Assembly: GCF_000142905.1 (NCBI RefSeq)
Contig: NW_013657652.1
Location: forward strand, 310,001-374,000
Source: Thecamonas trahens ATCC 50062
Lineage: Eukaryota; Protista; Apusomonadida
Length of the DNA stretch: 64,000 bases
Reading direction: 5' to 3'
This document shows, in pieces, positions 33,914 through 46,947 of the stretch (its first letter is position 1; every line of letters starts with the position of its first letter). Both the position numbers and the translations under genes were made by a program. The notes beneath the pieces are model-generated. The model worked only from the letters and a program-made list of their open reading frames with translations, made no database searches and was not told the DNA's origin.

Positions 33914-34928
33914 TTAGCCAAAGAGCGAAGTCTTGGCCATGATGCGCATAAAGTCGTCCTGCGAGACCTCGCCGTCGCCGTCGCGGTCGGCCTCGTCGAT
34001 CATCTCCTGCAGCTCCTCGTCGGTGAGGTTCTCGCCGAGCTCCTTGGCGACGCGCTTAAGGTTCTTGAACGAGATCTTTCCAGTGTCGTCGTCGTCAAAG
34101 AGACGGAAGGCCTTGAGGATCTCCTCCTTCCCGTCGCGCTCGGACATCTTGGAGACCATCATCTGCTCAAACTCCGAGTACTCGATGGTGCCCGAGCCGT
34201 CACGGTCGACGTCCGCGATCATCTTCTTCAGCTCGTCGCGCGACGGCTCAAAGCCCAGCGCACGCATAGCCACCTTGAGCTCGCGGGCATCGATGGTGCC
34301 CGACGAGTCCGTGTCGAAGAGGTCGAACGCCTCGCGGATCTCCTGCCGCTGCTCCTCGGTCAGCTCCTGCCGCCCGCCACGCCCGCGCCGCGACGAGTAT
34401 CCCTGCCGCAGTGATGCCTGCACTCCACCATGCACCATGTACCGTATCGCCCCGCACTGTGAGACTCGCTCGCACCGTGGGTCCCTCTCCCCCCTCTCCC
34501 CCTACCGCCCTCCCGCCCCTCCCCCTTCACTCTCCAGCACTCGCTCCATCACCGGCACGACAACGACCAGCACCACGAACACCACGACAACGACAAGCCT
34601 CTCCCCCCTTCCCCTCCTTCCCCCCTCCTTCCCCCTCCAACAGCGCGCGCTTTTTGCCATTTTCCTCGCCTTCCTCCACCCCCGCCACCCCGCCAGTTTA
34701 TCTAAGGAATTCNNNNNNNNNNNNNNNNNNNNNNNNNNNNNNNNNNNNNNNNNNNNNNNNNNNNNNNNNNNNNNNNNNNNNNNNNNNNNNNNNNNNNNNN
34801 NNNNNNNNNNNNCCACCCCGCCACCCCGCCAGCACGCCACCCCCTCCCCTCCCCTTCCCTCTCCCCTCCCCTCCCCTCCCTCCCCTCCATTCTCCTTCAC
34901 ACTCTCCCCTTTCTCCTCTCCGTACCAT
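33914..34928 (-). CDS. CETN: Centrin (CETN1/2-type); join(34928..34926,34417..33914)
   Basis: Four EF-hands, [41 protein letters not shown] is followed directly by donor GTACGG, acceptor GTGCAG ends at 34418, giving a 168-aa protein. Confidence 0.95.
34713..34812. other. Assembly gap (100 N) inside the centrin intron
   Basis: Run of n; CCGCCACCCCGCCAG is present on both sides. Confidence 0.99.
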
Positions 34929-35094
34929 AGTGTGTTGTCGTCGAGTGTTACTACTTCCCCCACCCCCTCCCCCCCCCCCCCCTCCCCCCCTCCTCCAGTC
35001 ACCAACTGCCGACCGACGACAGCAGGCCGCTGCCGCCCTGCCCTCCCTTGCCCTCCCTCTCTCATCGGCTCTTCTTCAATCGCAGTACGGGAAT

Positions 35095-36480
35095 TCAGCT
35101 AATGACGCAGCACCCGCCGGACGAGGTGTCTACTGGCGGCGGCGGGTGCTTGTTGCGCCGCTTGTCGAGAAAGGCGATGTCGTAGGGAAGGAGCGGCGTG
35201 GCCGAGGCAAGCATATTGGCAGCCGAGACAAAGTAGTTGCGGAGCATCGGCTGCCCGGCCGACGCGTACTGGGTCGCCTGCCGGTGCATGTTCTGCAGGG
35301 CTTGCTGGACCGCGGCACCGTTGGTGACCATGGCGTGCGAGGTCGGCGCCGTAAACTCCGACTTGAGCTCGTCCTCGCTAGGCGCGGCACCCGACGGCCC
35401 GGCAAGGCCCGCCACACCGGCCGACGACGGCGCAGGAGGCGGCGGCGGCGAGGCCATGCCCGGCGAGGCCATGCCCGGCGGCGGTGGCGCGGCGCGGGAA
35501 GGCGAAAACGGCGACGGCGCACTCTGTGCGCTCTGCGCCGCCGCTGGCCGCTGGTTGATCGGCCGGTTAAACGGAGCCTCTTGCGCCGCCGCCTGGAACG
35601 CGTTGTATGCGTCGTGCAGGAGCCGCAGCAGCTGCTGTCCAAACAAGCTGACATACTGCGGGAGCTGGACCCGGAGGGGCGACGACGGACCCGAGGCTTG
35701 CAGGATCTGCAGAGCCGCCTGCGCCGTCGTCCGTACCTGCTCTGTCACCGAGTCTGACGTGACCACCCCGTGTTCGACAAGCCGGAGCAGTAGCCGCCGC
35801 ATCTTGGCAAATGCTACCAGATCCTCACCCCACTGCGCATCTTTCTCCTCGTCTGTCCGGTTGTCTTGCACCGCCGGCTGCTGCGAGCTAAACGGGCTCT
35901 GCGGGAACGGCGAGCCGCCAAACGGCGACGCAGGCGGCGGCCGGGCCGCCGCCTGCGACGAAAACGATGGGCTCGAGCTAGAGAAAGTGTTCATCTGCAC
36001 GCTCGAACCCGGCGCTTGCTGCCTGCCCAAAGCTGTCCGCGGTGGCGGCGTAAAGATCCGTGTCGGCGCCCCTCCGCCAGCTGCCGGCGCAGCCCCAGGC
36101 GAGGCAAAGTTGTACGGCTGACCGGATTGTCTGCGCAAGCGACTTGCGGTTCGTGAGTGAGCACCAATGGTAGCAACAAGTTCTACCTCTGTCCGGACCA
36201 GTCTGGCTAGCCGCTAGGCCGCCTGCCTCGCCGACTCGCGGCGCCGCCGTCTGCCCCTGACCATGCTACGCCAGAGCGTGCTGATCGCCACCCTGCCCAC
36301 CGCGCCAGCCCACCGCCTCCAACGGCGCACCGGCGCGACCACCAGCCACACCGCACACCCACCGCTACTCGCTACCCTTTCCACCACAACCCGTTGCACC
36401 ACCCACTACACTTTGTGCTATACCCCCCTCCCCCCCCTCCCCTTCCCTGCCCCCACCAACTGTGCCCCAACGTACGCCAT
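35095..36480 (-). CDS. Hypothetical Pro/Gln/Ser-rich protein with C-terminal CaaX (GGCCVIS); join(36480..36476,36130..35095)
   Basis: ATG GC|GTACGT...ACTCAC...GCAG|A restores MAQSGQPYNF in frame with the 347-aa ORF. Confidence 0.72.
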
Positions 36481-36782
36481 GCCCAACCACGAGAGAGAGA
36501 GAGAGAGACAAGGTGCGCGACTGGTGACTGGTCATCACTCAACACTCGCTAGCCACTCACCAGCCGCCCACCGGCCGCCCACCAGCCGTCGCTGGTGATT
36601 GGCCACCGACCACCGGCCAATTCGCCCGCCAACCCGCCGGCCTCCTCCACCGTTCATTCGCGGTTCACCGTCTCCACCTGCATCACCTCACCCTTCGTCC
36701 CCCCCCTCCTCCTCCCCCCCCCCCCCCCCTCCTTTCCTCTCACCACACACCACCAGTACCACCCTTTCTAACATAGACACAC

Positions 36783-39700
36783 ATGGAAACGGTTGATCCG
36801 GCAGAGCTCGACCTGTTCTGTCGCGAGTGCGACATGCGCTTCGACTCGGCGGCCAAGCTCGCCACCCACAAGCGCAAGTTCTGCGTCGACTCGGTCTACG
36901 GTGATCCACAGGCGCTGCAGGCCAAGCTGCGGGCCGGGGAGAAGCTCGGACCAGGCGTCTTTGACTTTGAGGCTGTCAAGGCGCATCTCGCGCGCGACGG
37001 CAAACGCGACCCGCTCATTGCCAAGTCGGCGGTCGGCGACGTCCGCGCCACTCTCCGCTCGTCGGCCACCGACGTCGACAAGATGCACGCCCACCTCATT
37101 TCGCAGCGCCAGAAGGAGCACGTCGAGGAGCTTCGCAAGCTCAAAGTCGAGCAGGCACGAATCCGCTCCGAGCGCCAGTCCGAGGAGACCAAGTTGCTCA
37201 ACAAGCTCAAGGAGCTGGAAGAGCTCAAGGTCACCGAGCTCCGCGATCGCATGGACCGCGAGCGCGCCCGCCGCGAGTTGGAGAACATCGACCGCTCGCG
37301 GCTGACTCAAATTGAGCGTGAAAAGGAGGATGAGCTGCGTCGGCTCGAGCGCGAGCGTGCCGAGCTCGATCGGCGCGAAGCCGCCATCCAAGACGAGATG
37401 GAAGCACTGCAGTCGCGCATCGCCTCGGCCGCCGACCGCCACACCGCGAATCGAGCGCAGATGGACGAGATCCTGCAGTCGCCGGTCCGCAAATCGGCCA
37501 AGGCCACCGGCGGTGAGCTTGCTTCGCCGCGCGACAAGCTCGCTGCCGTTCGTCAGGAGCGCGCCGAGCAGCGCGGCGCAAAGTCTGCACTCGCCCAGTC
37601 GCGCCACCAAAAGCTGCTCGAGGAAAAGCAGCGCTTGCTAGCCCGCCTCGCTGAGCTCGAGGCGGCCGATCCCGAGGCCGATGGCCCGCCGCTCGACGCC
37701 CTCGTCGACGACCTCGCCAAGCGCCAGGCGAACGAGGCCCAGCGCCTCCGCCAGCTCCGCGCCACACAAGCCCGCCAGCTCGAGAAGGAGCGAGCGGCCA
37801 CGCTCGACCTCGATCAGTTTGAGGTTGAGATGGCCGACAATACCCGCGGCGGACTCGATGCCGGCATCTCCGAAGACGTCTACGCCACCGAGTTGACTTC
37901 GGCCCACCGCCAAGCTGACGATGCGCTCAAAGAGATCCTTGCTGCCGAAAAGGCCAAGGCTCGCTCGCTCGAGCAGCAAGTCCACGCCAAAGAGGAGGCC
38001 CGCCTCCAGGCCATTCGCGAAATGGAAGCTCGCGAGCGCCGGACAAAGGAGGAGCTCGAGCGCAAGCACCAGCGCGAGCTCGAGCGCTTGCGAGAGGAAC
38101 CGCCGCCGGCGCGCTGGCTGCTGCATCCGAGGCCATGGCTCCAGTGCAGGCGCAGGCCTCACCACGGCCGACCACCAGCTCGGGCTCTGCCCGCCTGTCT
38201 CCGCCTGCTGCAGCACCTTCGCGGCTGCCGGACGCAAGTCCGACCTCGCCACAGCTTGCAGAACTTCTGGCCGAAATCGAGAGTCTCAAGCGCTCGTACA
38301 CGGCCTCGGGTGGCGCTCGTAGCGACTTGCTGGAGATCATCGAGGCTCTCGAGCGCGAAGCCCGCGGAATGGCAAGCGCCGCAGCAACGCCAGCGGCGGC
38401 GACAGCCCCGCTCCCCGCCGCCCCAGTCCAACTGCCGCCGGTTATGCCGGCAGCGCCGGGCTCAGCGGCGGCGTTCTTTGGCATGCCCGCACCCGCGCCG
38501 GTCTACACCCCGGGCCTCGGACCGATGTACCCGGGCATGATGGCGCTGGCGGATCCGATGCAAGACCTGCTCTACCGCAACGAGATGGAGAACATGCGAC
38601 TGGCCGAGGAGATGGAGGCGTTTCTCAACGAGAATGACGGCGGCAGCTCTGGCTGGCGCGACGAGTTTTCCAGCAAAATGGACCGCATCTCGCGCCGGCT
38701 GGAGGCTGCTGCCGGCGGCGGCTCGGGCGGCGGCGGCAGCCGGTCGTCAGCTTCGGTTCTCGAGCTCCTGCGCGAGATGGAGGCGCTCGAGGCCGGCCGA
38801 GCGGGCTCCGGTGACGACGAACTTCGTGCGCTCAAGCGAGAGCACCTGAAGGACATGATGATGCTCGAGTTTGAGAAGGAGAAGACCCGCAACGTCATTG
38901 AGCTCAATAAGCTGCGTATGGAGGGCGAGGCTGCGCTATTTCCGGACTCGGGCATGTACGCGCCGGACCCGACGCGAGTGAGGATGGACATGCACGCGGC
39001 CGCCGGTGGTGCAGGCCCGGCCGACATGGGATCGGCCGCCTACGACCCCGAGGATGGTTTTGCGCTCTACTGGGACTTTGTCGACGGCCTGCCAGCCGAT
39101 GCACACCTTGTCCATCTTGCTTTTGCCCTCTTTGACGGGCCCGACGCGAGGACGCCGATCAAGTCGGTGCCCGCCGTCGAGTCGGTGCTGGATCCGCTCG
39201 CTGCCGAGCCGGGCGCCCGCATTGCGGTCATCGACTCGAAGCGCCGCTTCCACCGGGTGCCTATTCTACCGGACCTTCGCATTATGGTCGAGGTTCAGCG
39301 GGTCGAGGACGACGGCCATCCCGAGGCTGGCATCGAGCCGACCGTCTCTTCGATTGGCTGGGCGGTAGTGCCTGTCTTTATGGAGTCGCCGTACGACACG
39401 CACGGTCACATCCTCAACTCAGGCTATCTGCGTGTGCCGCTGCTTGCGCCGCCGGTCCACGTCGGCACGTCGTTTGGCGAACTCGCCTCGCTGCCCTCGG
39501 TTGCGCATGCCGCGCTCTACATCCGGCTCTTTGCCCCCGAGTTCATCGAGAACCAGAACGCGCTCGAGCTCGACGCGTCGAACATGCGCTCCAACTACAC
39601 ATCGATGGCGTGGTCGGTCGGCCCGGCCATGACCGCCGCCGAGTATGCACGCGCACAGGCCGAAGCCTCTGGCTCACCCAACTGGGGCGCGCCGCTGGCC

Positions 39701-42030
39701 CATACCAGCGGCAGCGGTATCGTGGTCGATTCGGCCATGTCGTCCCGACCGGGTGCCGCCGACCAGCCACCGCTACCGGCCGGCGCTCAACCAACGAACG
39801 CTCCCGGCACGGCCTCGGCCTCGAGGCGACAGACATCGGGCGCTGCGTCGCGGCCAGCGTCGGGTGCCAAGCCGCCGCGCAAGTACTTGCCTTTCGGCCT
39901 CCGTCTCGTCTCGGCAACAGGCCTTTCGCTGGCGAGTGGTACGCTCCTCGCGGCTGAGGCCTCGATATCGCGACTTGACGAGCTGGGCAGTGTTTCACGG
40001 GCTGGCCCGCCATCGGCGGCGACGACCGCGTCGCGCAAAACTGCATCCTCGCAGGTTTGGCGCCTCAAGCCGAGCGAGACCTCTGGTGGGAGTCTCGCAT
40101 GGGGCGCGCGGCACGAGTTTCTGCCGCTCCGCGCCTCCGAGTCGAAGCTCCTTGTTGTGCGGATTATCAAGCGCGACTCGGGCGTCGAGCAGAACGTGGC
40201 GTGGGCGTACACGCCACTCTTCCAGTACAACGCCAACGACGAGCTGGTTGTAGCCGAGGGCTCGCTCACGCTTGCGCTCTTTGAACCGCCGATGGTGGTC
40301 CCGCCCGAGCCCGGCGCTGAGCTGGGACCACTCGGCAAGCTCTATCTCGAGGTGTACAACCCCGAGTCGGCCGACGCGGCGCTGATGGGTGAGGACGTGG
40401 CAGGCGTGGCACGTAAGGCCTGGATGCGGGTCGAGCTCCCGCTGCCCGACATGTCGGACGCCAATTTGTCAAGCCGGGCGACGGCTTTGACGTGTACATT
40501 GATGGTGCGAGGTATCTTCCTGACAACGTGACCGTGACCCGGGCGGTGGGGCGGGTCTTCACGTCGTCGTACGACCAGCCGTGTCCCAACCTCACTGCCG
40601 CCTCGCACATCGAGCTTGACGCATCGGTGTACTCGCCAAAGTACTCGGCGCACGCCGCGTTCCGTGCTGCCGTCTTTGACCCGACGTCGACGTTGCTGGT
40701 CAAGGTAACCACCGTCGACCGGACAAACGGGAATGTGGCTACCGTCGGGTACGCAGCGCTCAACTTGTTCCTAGTTGTCGACGCGGCGACACGCTTTGAT
40801 CAGCCGTTGCACTCCGAGTCCGAGTTTGTGCTCAATGACGGTGCTTTCCAGCTCCCGCTGCACATGGGTGGGCCAAACACTGACCTCGCGCTCTCCGGCA
40901 AGTCGCTGGCGTCGCACAAGCGCGTCCCGTGCGCCACCATTCTTGTCCGCGTCACCAAGGCGCCACGCGGCTCGGACGGCAAGCTTCTCTCACGGGCCGA
41001 GCTCCCCGCGGACGAATGGGAGGCGGCTGGGCTTGCCGTCCCAGCGCCGGCGTACGAGAGCGGAGCTTACGACTCGACCGGAGCAGTGCCCGAGGGATCG
41101 GAGACTAAGCTGTACAAGGCCAAGGTGGAGAGCGACGCGACGGCGGCTACGACCATCCGCGAAATTCTTGTCCCGCTTGGCTACATGGGCTCACTCTCCA
41201 ATGACGACGAAATCCAGGTCTGGCTCGCCGAGCGGCTCAAGCCGGAGCCCAACGCGCCCGAGGTCCTCCTGGACTACGCCTTTCTTGCCCGCTACGTGCC
41301 CGAGCTCGGGTTCCGGGTTGCTGTTGATGGCGCACTCAACCTGCCCAAGATCCTTACCAAACGTGGCTCTGGCTGGTCTGCGGCGCTCTTCTCGCTCTCG
41401 CCGCCGGCATCACTCTACCATCCGACTACACCGCTTACGTCCGGCGCCGAGTTTACCACCCAGCGCGACTTTACCTCGACCATCCGCTGTCCGCGGTGGA
41501 GCGACGGATACAAGAACTTCCGCAATGTCGAGTACAACCCGTACCTAGTCGTTGTCATTGAGGTCTTTGGCGTCGGACTCAAGAAGAAAAAGCGCGGTGA
41601 GCTTGTTCCGTGCGGCTGGTCCATCCTCCCGGTCTTTACCGCTCGCGACCAGTACGTCCAGTCGGGCGCGTATCGCATCCCAATGTTCCAGGGCCGGCCC
41701 TCTGCGGGCATTCTTGAGCGAGTCTTCCGCCAGCCGGCCTATGACGTGCTCCAGGACGCCATGGCCGCCAAAGAGGTAGTCCCAGTCAAGGGCGCGTCAC
41801 TCCTTGTCCGCGTCGTTGACGATCAGCGCGACGACGAGTATCGCGAGCCGCGTAACCACGTGTTCGAGCCGTTCCTCTCGGCCGTCGGCAAGCCTCAAAA
41901 GTACGTATCGCAGGTCAAGTCCAAGCCGCTCCGCACGCTCGTCCCCAAGGGCTCCACGCCGCTCGAGTGGGAGTCGGAAGCCAACCAGGTCTTTGCCGAC
42001 GCCATGGGATTGACCCACTATCGCTTTTAG
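36783..42030 (+). CDS. CCDC17: CCDC17-like protein (N-terminal Zn finger, coiled coil, C2-like domains), ~1750 aa; -1 breaks at ~38098 and ~40465
   Basis: FCRECDMRFDSAAKLATHKRKFC; YDPEDGFALYWDFVDGL; GFDVYIDGARYLPDN; LNDGAFQLPL; YVPELGFRVAVDGALNL. Confidence 0.75.
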
Positions 42031-42836
42031 TCGTTGGCTCGGTCTTTTCAGCGTGACGCGGCTTGCATGCCGCATGGGGACTCACGCTGGCGCAGTAAGG
42101 ATGTGGAGAGCCGGACCGAGCACTCATCGCCGGCGCGAAACAAGCCATGATGGGGCAAGTCACCACTCCAAGCACAACGTCACCATAAAAGAATGCGTGA
42201 CCAGCTCTAGACGCGCAAGCTGGGCCAGTGTTGCATAAGATCCACCTGTGCTTGGCATCAGATGAGGCTCGGGCACTGGCACTGGGCATGTTCTCGCATC
42301 CGCTCGGCACAGTCCCGCACCCCAGATTTCTCGCAGCGGCCACAAATAATCAACCCTTTACGGCAATGAATAGCCAATCAAAAGTCGAAGCATCAATTTT
42401 TACACTCCCCTGTCAATGCCGCAGCTCAAGCAGATGGCCACCACAGAATGCACACCTCCACTCCCCCCTCCCCCCCCCCCCCCCCCCCCGTACATCGGAA
42501 CCAGTATTCGCTCCAACTCGCCTCCATCACGACCGTCATTGCCGATGTACCATGCTTCAGGATGCTGGTGGACACGCCTCGTCCGGCTTCACCACAGAAC
42601 AATGAACTGCGAAACTAGCGGATACACAATATGCTCACCGAAATTCGCCGCGAGTTGCCGCGGCATGGCGTTTGTATTGCGCTCCCCCCTTACCCTAGTT
42701 GTAGACACACTCTTCACCCCCTAGAACCCACCCCCCTCGTCTCCCCCCCCTCCCTCCCTCCCTCCCTCCACTCCCATTCCATTCCACCCTTATACACCAC
42801 CATCTTCCTACATCACCCGCTTCCTGCCCGCATTCT

Positions 42837-45800
42837 ATGTGGTCAGGACCGCAAAGGCTCGTGCTGGCGAGTCGGCCGGATGGGCTGTTACGCGTGGTGA
42901 CTCTTTTCGTCGCACTTGCCCTCGTCATGTCGAGCTGTCACGCGACAGCGGTGCCCAAGACCCTCACTGTGAGCGTGGGTACCAGCAACACGGCCCTCAA
43001 TGCGATTCCCGGTGGCGCGTATGACACTATTTCAGGCACAAAGTACGAGATCGACGAGTATAACCTCGCTCTCGGTGCTTCCTTTGGCGCAAATGCCATT
43101 TCCTCTACCACCGGCCGGTACTGGTTCGAGCCAGGCACAACGAGCCTGGAGTTTCAAAAGTTCCAGCTGGATTCTGCGACGACGCTCTTGGTCTCGTACT
43201 CACTGGAGGCGGTGTCCGAGATCTCTAAGCCGCTCACAGTTTCGCCGTGGACGGACAACGGGGCGCTCTCAACGCTCTCGTTTTCGGCGCCGATCTCGAT
43301 CGCAGCAACGTCTGGTAACAACGTGGTCGTCTCGAGCAGCAACATCGCGAGCATGTTCAGCGCGCTTGTGGAGGAGTCTAACTTTGACGAAGACCATTTG
43401 GTGCTCAGGATGGCACAGGATGGGTCAACGTGCTCTGGTACGTGCCGCATCTTTTTGCCCATCAACATTCACCTGACTTACTACGAGGTGTGCCCCCCTG
43501 TGACGTTTGCGTCGGGTACCGCGAGCAACGCGCGCACCGGAGCCAACTTTGCGGCGGTGAGCGAGGCTGTGACTGTGGGATGTACCGGCGGTATGTATCT
43601 GTCTGGCGCACCGAGTGGCGAGGTCGTCTGTCTCGTCGACGGATCATACATGCCACCTGTGGCTGGACTGGCTTGCTCACCGACATTGCCGCCGCCGTCA
43701 CCACCACCGCCGTCACCGCCATCCCCCCACCCCCCCACCGCCGCCGTCACCCCCACCTCCGCCACCGTCCCCACTGCCGCCTCCTCCACCACCACCGCCG
43801 TCGATCGCCCCGTCGCCGACCCCTGCTGAGTTCTTCCTCGCGCCGTCGTCGGCTCCGCTGGAGGGCGGACTCCTCCACGTGCTCTGGCACTCCCAGGCCG
43901 AGTTCTTGGCGCGGACTACCTTCTCGTTCCGGCTCTCGGCCGATGTCGGCGCGCCGGACGCGCCTGCACCTGTCGAAGTCCCGGTCGAATGGAGCGCCGA
44001 CCGCCATGCACTCGTCTTTACCTCACCAAGTACCAACTACACTGGGTACATGGACCTCGAGCTGAGGCGGTACAATGCAAGCAGCGGTGCAACCGCGGGC
44101 GTGTTTGGCCTGGGCGGCCTGCTGCAAATTGTTGACCATGGTTGCTTTGCACCTGGATCGGTGCACTACGACGGCAGGTGCCAGTCGTGCACCAAGTTTC
44201 CCGGGGCATATTGTCCGGGCGGGTCGCGGATGTGGCCGCTGCCTGGCTACTGGTCACCAAATGAGGAAACGCCACCGACGCGGTGTCGAGTGGCACAGGC
44301 ATGCCCTGGAGCCGTAGGCGGCGCCGGATGTCGCCGATCAACGCGCCGGACGGAACGCGGCTGACAAGCGTGTGCGCTGAGGGCTACGCGGGTGAGTTTT
44401 GCGCGGTGTGCGCGAGTGGGTACTTTGCTGACAACGGCGTGTGTCGGTCGTGCGGAAGCGACGACTCCGCGCGGGCGGATCTTGCGATTGTAGTCATTAC
44501 GGCGGGAGCCTTTGTGGCGATTGTTGCGACGTCGCTTGCGACATTGTCGGCGCGGCGGCTGGTGCAGGGCATTTCAACGCTACTGCTGGTGCAGCAGGTG
44601 GCGATGGCGTCTCGTATCGGACTGCAGCAGCTTGACGACGAGTCGACGCCGGCGTGGGCAGCAGCACTTGTGCGAATTGCGGCGACGATCAACTTTGAGG
44701 TGGAGACGGTCCGGCCTGGATGCACCGTGCCGCGAATCTCGTTTGTGACGGTTTACGTGGGAACGCTCGCCCTCATGGCCATGGCTGCGTGTGTCTTTGT
44801 CACTGCCGTTCTCCTGCGCATCGTCACAAAGCGGATGCGACTGCCGGTCGGACAGCTTTCTGCGATTTCGCTCATTTCCGAGTCCTCGGACTCTCTTGGA
44901 AGCCCGAGCTCGATACTGAGCCACTCTTCAACTTTATCTTCATCGTCATCTTCAACCTCGTCATCGACGTCGTCATCCCGCGACCACGTGCCGGTCATCA
45001 CCGTCTCCGAGTCGCGCGAGCGACGCAACTCGATCCTCTATGCCAGCCGTGAGTCTGATGCTATCTCGTTGGTCGAGCTACCGGAGTTTCCTTCTGTGGC
45101 TAGTCGTGGCAAGAGCCGACGTCGCCGTCGCAAGCGGCGAAACGGAGATAAGGCCGCTTTCCCATCGATCGCCGAGGTGGAACAGCAGGAGGAAGCCCTG
45201 GTCGTGGCGCACGATGCCAAGGGTGACATTGTGGTCGTGTCATTCCGGGCGCGGCTCGTGCACGCCATGATTATCTTGGCTGCGATCGCATACTTGCAGG
45301 TGTGCGTGCGATCGCTACAGGGCGTGTATTGCGTCCGAGTCGGCGACGGCTCGCTGCGGCTTGCGGTCGAGCTTCCTGTCCGGTGCTATGAGGGGACACA
45401 CCTCGCACTGTCGGTCATGATCTGGCCGATGGTTGTGCTCTTCTGCGCCGGCTTTCCGGCCTTTGCACTCACGATGGGCCTGCGGGCGGATGCAGTATCG
45501 CGGTCTGCTCACGTCCGCGAGCTGCTGCGGGAGCGGTACGGTGTGCTCATCCGCGGGCTCAGGCCTGGGCGGCAGTGGTTCCGGGCACTGCAGTTTGTGG
45601 TGACACTGGCGTTTGCGAGTGAGACGGTATTCATCGTCGAGCCTGCGACGCGGCTGTTTGCGGCAGTGCTCAACTTCTCGCTCAACCTTGTGCTGATGGC
45701 ACTTGTGGATCCGTTTGAGGACAAGCTGCACACGATGCTCTCGTTTGCGACAGGTTTGTTCTCGTGCGCCAAGATCTTGTACTTTGTGTGGCGCGAGACG

Positions 45801-46775
45801 TCTGGCGGGCTGCTGTTTCTGATTGCGCTCGCGATTGTGGTCGTACTCTCGAGCTTTGCGCTCACGCTAGCAGTGTGGAACATGCTACGGCGGACGCAAG
45901 CACTGGCCAGAGTCCACACGGTCGAAGCTGGGCTGACCGGGACAGCGTCCGTTGCCGCCGCGCCTGCGATGACCGGGATGGCAGACGGGTCAAGTAAGGA
46001 CCAGCCAGAACGCCAACGCTCTGTGTCACTGACCCGAACCGCATTCGACGTTGTTCTCGACTCGGACGGCGATCTCGGAATGGCATCAAACGAGATGGAC
46101 GAAAGCTCGCTCTCGCGAGCCGGTACCGCCTGCAGCATCGTTGACGACGCCTCGGCGGCTCAGGCCAAGTCGTCTCCGACGCTCCACCCTCCGGCTGCTG
46201 GCCGTGGGAAGCTCAAGCGCAACATAACCATGTTGACGAGTATCGGCCGTCTCAGGCGCGAGAGATCAACTCGAGCCGCCCGGGCCGGGATCAGCAGACG
46301 GTCTACCTCGGGTAACGTTTCGGGCAACACTTCGGGCAACGTCTCGAGTGAGATCTCGGGCGAGATCGCCGATGTCGGGCGACTCTCGCGTATTCGCTCG
46401 GAACAGGCGAGCCCAACGAGGCGTCGCAAGCGGCGGTCTACCATCAAGCTCAAGCCAAAGCCCGAGTTTGTTCCACCCATGTCGTCGATATCGCTTGTAT
46501 CTCTCACTCAACCTGACGACAAGCTCGACCGCGAGCTTGGTGATGATCTCAACGCCATTTTTGAAGCTCAGGTTGCGGCGCGGACGCCGTCGCGATTGTC
46601 GTCAAGCAGTTTGCAAACGCGGAGGCAGACGCTCACACCGACCGAGTCGTCGTCACGATTGTCGTCGGGTAATTTGCAGACGCGGAGGCGGACGCTAACG
46701 CCGACAGAGTCGTCGTCGTGTCCGTCGTCAAGCCAGCAGCGGCGGCGCGTGCGCCGTCGCAAGATCAGCCCATAA
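42837..46775 (+). CDS. Large receptor-like membrane protein: signal peptide, Sushi-like module, poly-Pro linker, Cys-rich repeats, multipass TM region, Ser/Arg-rich tail; breaks at ~43730 and ~44326
   Basis: CPPV...VGCTGGMYLSG...CLVDGSY; CPGGSRMWPLPGYWS; CAEGYAGEFCAVCASGYF...C..C; eight or more hydrophobic segments. Confidence 0.75.
46589..46718 (+). repeat. 63-bp in-frame tandem duplication (SRLSS..LQTRR.TLTPTESS x2)
   Basis: Read directly in DNA and translation. Confidence 0.8.
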
Positions 46776-46947
46776 CTCGTCACAGTGCGGTTGTTCGGGC
46801 GCGTCATAAAGTGCACACCACAACGCAAAACCGTTATGATGCCACATTGTGCGGGCGCCGCGCGCCACCCGATCGGGTCCTGCATGGCTACGACTTGAGG
46901 TGGGTATCATAGGACGGGGCAGCGATGCTGTGTGCAAGAGAGAACGT

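Noticed and set aside
34676-34832. Direct repeat flanking the gap as a target-site duplication of a mobile element
   Set aside because: More simply explained as overlapping contig ends around a nominal 100-N gap.
41915-42343. 142-aa minus-strand ORF
   Set aside because: Non-ATG start, atypical codon usage, overlap with CCDC17 and no recognisable motif.
43827-43829. In-frame TGA as selenocysteine or readthrough
   Set aside because: It lies in the wrong frame downstream of a poly-C indel; the correct frame is open.
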